Below are positions 58,002 to 64,000 of a stretch of 64,000 nucleotides of DNA, piece by piece. The stretch lies in assembly GCA_964196115.1 (NCBI GenBank), contig CAXMRQ010000181.1, forward strand, positions 223 to 64,222. The letters are read 5' to 3'. The stretch comes from an uncultured Gammaproteobacteria bacterium. GTDB lineage: Bacteria > Pseudomonadota > Gammaproteobacteria > GCA-001735895. The translations under genes and the position numbers were made by a program. Position 1 is the stretch's first letter. The number at the start of each line of letters is the position of its first letter. The notes under the pieces were generated by a model, which ran no database searches, had not been told where the DNA came from, and saw nothing but the letters and a program-made list of their open reading frames with translations.

Positions 58002-59234
58002 TTAAGTCGTGTTAATTGCCTGCACCGGGTTCAGCTTCGCCGCCCGCCAGGCCGGTAATATGGCGGTCAGCGTACCGAGTAGAATCACCACGACATTGGC
58101 GGTAATCATATCGTCGAGTGTCAACGCCGGGTAAAGCATGCTGCTTGCGCCCATCATCGCCATGCCTTCGGCGAGGTAGGAAATATCCATTCCCGACTCC
58201 AGCGGTTTCACCGTAATGACTGCAAGTACATCGCCAATTGACAGTCCGATTAACAGCAATAGTAGCGATTCGAGTAAAATTTGATAAACGATCATGCTCG
58301 GCCGCATACCCAGCGCCTGGATGAGTCCGATTTCGCGCACGCGCTCAAAAACCGCCATCGCCAGCGTATTCACCAGGCCGAACGACAACGCGAGGAAAAT
58401 GATGATAATCCACACCAGCACGAAGCCATCCATCATATTTAGCATCGAGTTCAGATAACTGTCTAATTCGTACCAGGCTTTTATCTCCAGAGTTTCGGGG
58501 GTTGCCGCTTTGATTTTTTGATACAGTGTTTCTACGTTGCGAAAATCTTCATCGATAATGACGATTTCAGATATTTGATTGTCGAGCTTGAGCAATTTCT
58601 GTAGCGTACTGCGCGCCGTATAAACATTTAATTCTTCCAGACCGGGTACCTTCGCTTTATAAATCCCGACAATTCTAAAGCCGCGCTCTGCAATGTTATT
58701 TTCAGGATCCTGGCTCATCACCACGACGCGCTTACCCAATCGGGTTTCGAGTCGCTGTGCGAGTTTTACGCCGATGACAATGCCGCTGTCATCATCGGCG
58801 TTTAAAAAGCGGCCCTCGATGATTTGTTCGCCGATAGCGGTAATAAAATTCTCCGCTTCGGGTTCTACTCCGAGCAGATTAATACCCCTGCTTTCACGCT
58901 CGCTGGATATGACTGCGGGCACCTTGATGCGCGTCGTCCAATGTTTGGTGCCGGAGTCGTTGAGTGCGCCGAGTAACTCACCGCCCGGTGACGCGATACT
59001 ATTCACCACGCTTGGATCATCGCGAAATTCCGCATGATGAATTTGAATATGCCCGGGCAGGTTGCGAATCCCCTGATGCAGCATGTCGTCGACCATGCCA
59101 CGCATCAGTGCTGTCATGAAAATCATCGCCCAGACGCCGACCGAAATCGCCGCGAGCATGATTAGCGTACGCCGATGATTGCGCCATAGATTACGCCACG
59201 ACAGGGTTAGTATTACTTTGAAAGGTATATTCAC
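58002..59234 (-). CDS. FtsX-like ABC permease (LolC/E-type), copy 1
   Basis: A 410-aa protein with one N-terminal TM, a large periplasmic domain and three C-terminal TM helices (MacB_PCD/FtsX topology). Confidence 0.75.
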   Translation of the reverse strand: MNIPFKVILTLSWRNLWRNHRRTLIMLAAISVGVWAMIFMTALMRGMVDDMLHQGIRNLPGHIQIHHAEFRDDPSVVNSIASPGGELLGALNDSGTKHWTTRIKVPAVISSERESRGINLLGVEPEAENFITAIGEQIIEGRFLNADDDSGIVIGVKLAQRLETRLGKRVVVMSQDPENNIAERGFRIVGIYKAKVPGLEELNVYTARSTLQKLLKLDNQISEIVIIDEDFRNVETLYQKIKAATPETLEIKAWYELDSYLNSMLNMMDGFVLVWIIIIFLALSFGLVNTLAMAVFERVREIGLIQALGMRPSMIVYQILLESLLLLLIGLSIGDVLAVITVKPLESGMDISYLAEGMAMMGASSMLYPALTLDDMITANVVVILLGTLTAILPAWRAAKLNPVQAINTT

Positions 59235-60463
59235 ACCGCGCGCATCGCCTCGATGGGTAACAACAGGTACAAACGCGTAGCCGGATAAATCGCCGCCAGC
59301 ATACTGCCGATGGCGACGATGCCGGGCCCTAATACCAATGAAAGCAAAGTAACGCTGGGGTACATGCGATCAGGCAGATTGAACTTTACCGCCATCTCTT
59401 CCATGCCGGGGTAAGAAAACCCGACAATGCTTAAATAATAAGTAATCACGAAACCGACTAATATGCCGAGCGCCAGGCCCAGGCAGGACATCATGAAAGT
59501 CTCAGTCATCACCAGCCTGGATAAGTTTCCCGGGTTTAAACCCAGTGCCATCATCGTGCCGAATTCGCGCGTGCGCTCCAGTACCGACATCAACTGTGTA
59601 TTGAGCACACTGAACGCCACCAGAATAATCAACACAATATACATAAACCAGGCGCTGGTCATGTCGGCCTGAATCGCCTGCTTTAAACCGGGTTGCAATG
59701 CTTCCCAGTCGAGTACAACCAGCTTATCCCGTTCAGCCAGTAATGCCTGAATACGTTGTTGCAATTCGTTAGTCTGGTCAATATGGTTGGCCCGAATGGC
59801 GATGCTGTGCCCGTGTTTTTGCATCGCGAAAGTTTGCTGAAAATAGGGCAGGTTGATTTGCGCCATGCTGCGGTCAAGGTCCGGCAAGCCGGTTTCAAAA
59901 ATGCCGACTACCTTAACCACGGCCGCGGCAAACGAATCGTCAAAGCCACTGCCGAGAAAAGTGATCTCGTCGCCGAGGCCGACTTTTAAATTACGCGCCA
60001 GTACCGAGCCGATGACAATTTCCTCGGTGCCATCGTTTTGCAGGTAACGCCCCTTATTAATCAAACCGGGAATGGTCGAAACCAGGGGTTCGAACTGCGG
60101 CTCGACACCGAGAATTTGCAGACCATACGAGCGATCATTGCTCGAAGCCAAAGCAAAACCGGCTGCGCGTGCGCTGATACTCTGCAACGCCAGTTTATCG
60201 CGTAATTGCCCGGCGACTTCGGCGATGTCAGGCAGCGCATAACGCATTTTCGGGTCGTCGAAATAGGCCTCGTGCTGAACCTGAATATGACCGGAGAAGG
60301 CTTGCAGGGTATTGTTGATCATCATGTCGTAACTGCCGAATTGCAGTGAGATGCTGAACACCAACAGGCTGTTCGAAAAAACCATCGCACCGACAGTCAA
60401 CCAGGTACGGCGCTTATAACGCCACAGATTACGCCAGGCCAGTCGCAGCGCGATATTGCTCAT
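59231..60463 (-). CDS. FtsX-like ABC permease (LolC/E-type), copy 2
   Basis: Same 410-aa architecture as the adjacent gene, with overlapping stop and start. Confidence 0.75.
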   Translation of the reverse strand: MSNIALRLAWRNLWRYKRRTWLTVGAMVFSNSLLVFSISLQFGSYDMMINNTLQAFSGHIQVQHEAYFDDPKMRYALPDIAEVAGQLRDKLALQSISARAAGFALASSNDRSYGLQILGVEPQFEPLVSTIPGLINKGRYLQNDGTEEIVIGSVLARNLKVGLGDEITFLGSGFDDSFAAAVVKVVGIFETGLPDLDRSMAQINLPYFQQTFAMQKHGHSIAIRANHIDQTNELQQRIQALLAERDKLVVLDWEALQPGLKQAIQADMTSAWFMYIVLIILVAFSVLNTQLMSVLERTREFGTMMALGLNPGNLSRLVMTETFMMSCLGLALGILVGFVITYYLSIVGFSYPGMEEMAVKFNLPDRMYPSVTLLSLVLGPGIVAIGSMLAAIYPATRLYLLLPIEAMRAV

Positions 60464-61269
60464 TGGCGTGGGTTGCGCAGGTTAGACAGGGTAAACAGGC
60501 TGGCCGCCAATTCAATGTCGAAATCGACAGAATTTACCGCCATATCAGTCCATTCGTCGGGTGCATCAACCTTATTCATACGCATACGAGTGGCGATTTC
60601 CCGGCCATCCATCAGCGCCACTTCGAGAGAATTCATTTCTTTCACCAGAATGTTGTCCTGATCCCAGAACTCCTGGCGCATCATCACGAAGTCGTCGCGG
60701 ATCACCGCAACCTCTTTCCCCCAGACTACCGCCGCGTCTTCGTGTGGCACCGACTCGATGGTGTAAAACAAGTGGCCCTCCTTTTCCTCGCTGTTAATCA
60801 ATCGGTGATCGTACTGATCGATAATATCGGTCGACTTGCTGATGTCCTTATTGGAAAAATCGCTACCCATCCAGCTTTGATTCATCATCGAGGACGGCAC
60901 TTTTATAATGCGATTGATCTTCGGCGAATAGCTCCACATATTCTGATCGAGGATCAAAGTGCCATTACCGGCATCTTTTTTAGGTTCGGTGACTCGCACC
61001 AGGGAAGTTTTATCGCCCTGCGTCCAGGCCTGCATCGACATCGTGCGCTGCCAGTCGCTACGATGCACCGTCATCGTCATATCTGAGTATGACGTCACTC
61101 CGCGCCAATGCTCCATCGCCGCACGAATTAGTTCCACGGGATCGGGAGGGATAACCTCATCGGCTACCAGGCTAGCTGAAAAACCCAAAAGGCCAGAGAG
61201 TAATAAGCCAAATCGTACTAGCTTACAACCACAATAAATTTTCATAAACGCCATCCATTTCCCTGTCAT
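60460..61269 (-). CDS. LolA-like outer-membrane lipoprotein-sorting family protein (DUF4292-like)
   Basis: Has a signal peptide and an open beta-barrel-type domain. It is the first gene of an operon with two FtsX permeases and an ABC ATPase. Confidence 0.55.
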   Translation of the reverse strand: MTGKWMAFMKIYCGCKLVRFGLLLSGLLGFSASLVADEVIPPDPVELIRAAMEHWRGVTSYSDMTMTVHRSDWQRTMSMQAWTQGDKTSLVRVTEPKKDAGNGTLILDQNMWSYSPKINRIIKVPSSMMNQSWMGSDFSNKDISKSTDIIDQYDHRLINSEEKEGHLFYTIESVPHEDAAVVWGKEVAVIRDDFVMMRQEFWDQDNILVKEMNSLEVALMDGREIATRMRMNKVDAPDEWTDMAVNSVDFDIELAASLFTLSNLRNPRQ

Positions 61270-61476
61270 TCCCGGGCAGGAACGACGTAAATTAACACCT
61301 GAACCTAAGGTTTCAGGATTCAGTTAAACAAATACTAACAAAAAACAGTAAAATAACCTTGCGCCAGATCAATTCGTCCATATTTAATCTGGAGTATAAA
61401 AAGAGTGTATAAAAACGCAAAACATTCGGGGCATAACCTGAAGCCCTAACGGTAAATCTAAACCCAGGAGAGCAAT

Positions 61477-61839
61477 ATGAGTAACGATATAAAAGGCAAC
61501 ATAAAAAAACAATCCACCTGGATACGTGGTTTATACATGCTGTTGTTTACCATTTTTTCACGCATGGCCGAGGTCGTATTATTTGCGATTATTTTATTCC
61601 AGTTTATCTTCAAATTGTTGACCGGCGATACCAACGAACGCCTGCGTAAGTTGGGGCAGGGCCTGACTACTTATATTTATCAGATTCTCCAATTCCTGAG
61701 TTTTAACAGCGATGCCCATCCATATCCATTTGGCGCCTGGCCGGCAGGAGAGCCTAAAACAGAATCCGCTCCTTCTAAGAAAGCCAAAACGACTAAGCCG
61801 GGAAAAGCGGAAGCTCCAAAGAAAATCGAAAAAGAATAG
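61477..61839 (+). CDS. DUF4389-like small membrane protein with Lys/Ala-rich C-terminal tail
   Basis: Two TM helices (WIRGLYMLLFTIFS, VVLFAIILFQFIF) followed by a KKAKTTKPGKAEAPKKIEKE tail. Confidence 0.45.
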   Translation: MSNDIKGNIKKQSTWIRGLYMLLFTIFSRMAEVVLFAIILFQFIFKLLTGDTNERLRKLGQGLTTYIYQILQFLSFNSDAHPYPFGAWPAGEPKTESAPSKKAKTTKPGKAEAPKKIEKE

Positions 61840-61912
61840 TTGAGTGAAAAGCTGTTTGATTCGAACCCTATCGGTTCGAATCAAACACCCAAAGTACTAG
61901 CTTTACTACAGA

Positions 61913-62161
61913 TTAAATACCTAACAAAGCTTTAGCTTCCATCAATGTTTTGACGGAATCGGAGTGCTTCCCGGCCTTATGAAAGGCTTCTCCCTTATTA
62001 CGCAGCCCTTTGACTTTGTTAATCTCCGATTTGCTGAGTGACGGATAATTGCCCAACTCGGCGTCTATTTCCTTCACATGCCTGGGGCAGCTGCCTGCAA
62101 ACGCCGAGCCTGCGAACAAAATTGCACTGAGTGCGAGTACGCTGATATTAATTCTTTTCAT
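61913..62161 (-). CDS. small secreted hypothetical protein
   Basis: An 82-aa protein with the signal peptide MKRINISVLALSAILFAGSAFA. Confidence 0.45.
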   Translation of the reverse strand: MKRINISVLALSAILFAGSAFAGSCPRHVKEIDAELGNYPSLSKSEINKVKGLRNKGEAFHKAGKHSDSVKTLMEAKALLGI

Positions 62162-62260
62162 AATTTGATCCTTATCGTCTAGTTTTTAGAAACGTTAACC
62201 GATGTACGTTTGTCATCAGCCAACTCCGGCTGGAGTAGCTATTCTCCACCTCGGCCGATC

Positions 62261-63169
62261 TTAAGCAAGTTTCTCATTGAAGAAATCGATGGTCCGTTGC
62301 CAGGCCAGTTTTGCTGCGGCCTCGTCATAGCGGGCGGTAGTGTCGTTATGAAACCCGTGATTAACCTCCGGGTAAATATGCGCAGTATATTCCATGTTAT
62401 TCGCTTTCAGTGCTTCCTCATATTCCGGCCAACCCACATTAATGCGCTTGTCGAGACCGGCGTAATGCAACAACAAAGGCGCTTTTATTTTGGCGACGCT
62501 TTCCGAGGATGGCTGACGGCCATAAAAAGGTACCGCCGCCGCGAGTTCCGGCAGTTGCACAGCCATCGCGTTTGACACGCCACCGCCATAGCAAAAACCG
62601 ACTACGCCGACCTTGCCGGTCGAATTGGAGTCGGACCTGAGATGCTCGAACGCGCCAATAAAATCCCACAGAAGTTTGCCTTTATCGAGCTTTTTCTGCA
62701 TCACCTTGCCTTCATCGTCCGTGCCTGGATAACCGCCCAACGAGGTCAGGCCGTCGGGTGCGAGCGCAACAAAACCGGCCACCGCCAGACGGCGTGCGAC
62801 GTCTTCGATATAAGGATTGAGCCCGCGGTTTTCATGCACCACGACAACGCCTGAAAGCTTGCCGGGATCACCTGAGGGAAGGGCCAGGTAACCACGTGTT
62901 TTGCCGTGCCCCCGGGGCGCGTAATAATCGATATATTCAGTCTTGATGCGTGAGTCTTTAGCATCGACCTGACTGGCGAGTGCATAATTTGGCAGCAGAC
63001 CCTCGACCAGAGCCGCAACAGTGACGCCGCCAACGGCATACTTCGCCGCCTTGTCGAAAAATTCCCGGCGCGTGAGACTGCTATGCGCGTATTGGTCGTA
63101 CAGATCTAGTAATTCCTGATCATAATCACTAGCTTTCTTGCGTTCCATGAAATTCCCTCCAGAAGTCAA
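62261..63169 (-). CDS. dienelactone hydrolase family protein
   Basis: Has a nucleophile elbow (GFCYGGG) and a DLH-family architecture with a Tat/Sec-like N-terminal region. Confidence 0.75.
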   Translation of the reverse strand: MTSGGNFMERKKASDYDQELLDLYDQYAHSSLTRREFFDKAAKYAVGGVTVAALVEGLLPNYALASQVDAKDSRIKTEYIDYYAPRGHGKTRGYLALPSGDPGKLSGVVVVHENRGLNPYIEDVARRLAVAGFVALAPDGLTSLGGYPGTDDEGKVMQKKLDKGKLLWDFIGAFEHLRSDSNSTGKVGVVGFCYGGGVSNAMAVQLPELAAAVPFYGRQPSSESVAKIKAPLLLHYAGLDKRINVGWPEYEEALKANNMEYTAHIYPEVNHGFHNDTTARYDEAAAKLAWQRTIDFFNEKLA

Positions 63170-63320
63170 ATCAGACAGAGCCTGAATGTGAAAGATAATT
63201 ACCGACCCGAAAGAATAATCCTACTGCTCGAAAAAATCCAGATGCAAAAAAATGCATAATCATGATGCATTTTCAGCAAGTAGTATGAAGCCACGATTCA
63301 TAATGAAGTTGCACGGCGTT

Positions 63321-63503
63321 CAACCTAGAAACCCCAGTTGGATCACGAAAGTATGCACAAGCTATTGACGTATCGGAATGCCGCATCACTGGCAAATCTA
63401 AAAAACCTCTCATCACCAATAAGGTGACCACGAGTTTTTCATATTCCCCATGCACATCAATACCGTGCACATCTTTTTCGCGCCCAACTGCGGTTTCTAG
63501 GTT
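63321..63503. mobile_element. MITE-like element bounded by inverted copies of the family W repeat
   Basis: aacctagaaaccccagttggatcacgaaagtatgcac (63321-63357) is mirrored by caactgcggtttctaggtt (63485-63503). Confidence 0.5.
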
Positions 63504-63636
63504 CAACCGAGAATGACCCAGTCTATATCAACAGGTGTAAAAATATTCTTGGGACTAGAATTAGCATGCAGGTAACATAGCCTTTATAATTCTTATAATC
63601 CGAACGATATGGGAGAATAACATTTCAACCAACTAC

Positions 63637-64000
63637 AAAATCCTGATTCTTGGCGCCTCATACGGTTCTCTGCTGGGATCAAAGCTCGCCCTCGCGGGAC
63701 ATACGGTGAAGCTTGTTTGCCTCCCGGAAGAAGCCAGACTGATCAACAAGGAAGGTGCCAGGGTGCGTTTGCCGGTAAAGGGCGTGGAAGGACTGGTGGA
63801 GTTGAATACCCAGACGATGCCGGGTGAGGTTTCAGCCGATGGTCCTGGAACGGTTAACCCGGCCGACTATGACCTGGTTGCGCTCGCCATGCAGGAGCCG
63901 CAATATCGTTCTCCCGACGTCAGAGACCTGTTGTATCGCATCGCTGAAGCGAAGATGCCCTGCATGTCGATTATGAACATGCCCCCACTGACATACCTGA
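63637..64000 (+). CDS. NAD(P)-binding Rossmann-fold oxidoreductase, N-terminal fragment (runs off window). The start codon is unclear.
   Basis: KILILGASYGSLLGSKLALAGHTV looks like a dinucleotide-binding fold. There is no in-frame ATG/GTG/TTG between the upstream stop (63562-63564) and this motif. Confidence 0.4.

Noticed and set aside
63273-63506. 77-aa minus-strand ORF
   Set aside because: It lies entirely within the inverted-repeat-bounded MITE-like element and has no support.

Overview
This window reads as chromosomal DNA from a Gram-negative gammaproteobacterium. That inference rests on the E. coli-like rnfABCDGE-nth operon and the divergent metG/apbC pair. Recognisable core genes include:
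- a complete Rnf complex operon plus nth
- metG and apbC
- dcd
- a molybdenum-cofactor/tungstate module (mobAB, tupABC-like, moaB, moaA, fdhD)
- nadC next to a ClC channel gene
- a sulfur-carrier cluster (MoaD/ThiS-like protein with a GG tail, a MoeB/ThiF-like E1 and a flavoprotein disulfide reductase)
- a DsrE-like/TusA/SQR-like/DUF1641 sulfur-trafficking module
- a LolCDE-like ABC transporter with a LolA-like protein
- glycosyltransferases, several peptidases and a LysR/DoxX/AzoR/pirin cluster

The accessory content is where the interest lies.
1. A ~7.3 kb island (25201-32448) carries a four-gene operon that I could not match to a described system: a coiled-coil protein, a tail-less MotA/ExbB-like channel, a MotB/OmpA-like partner with the conserved transmembrane Asp, and a 1440-aa SF1 (Upf1/DNA2-type) helicase. 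The island is flanked by ~104-bp direct repeats of the pirin gene 3' end. This is reminiscent of Zorya, but the architecture is different.
2. A TetR-MttB-like methyltransferase-TMADH/DgcA-like flavoprotein module sits between two ~1 kb direct repeats of the nadC region. One repeat is a degraded pseudo-nadC fused to the tail of the ClC gene.
3. A RelE/ParE-RHH toxin-antitoxin cassette is flanked by ~108-bp inverted repeats and 45-bp direct repeats, with upstream tandem 26-bp iterons.
4. At least five families of small REP/MITE-like repeats are present.

No CRISPR array, tRNA, rRNA, transposase or integrase was seen. I report no regulatory sites beyond one operator palindrome.
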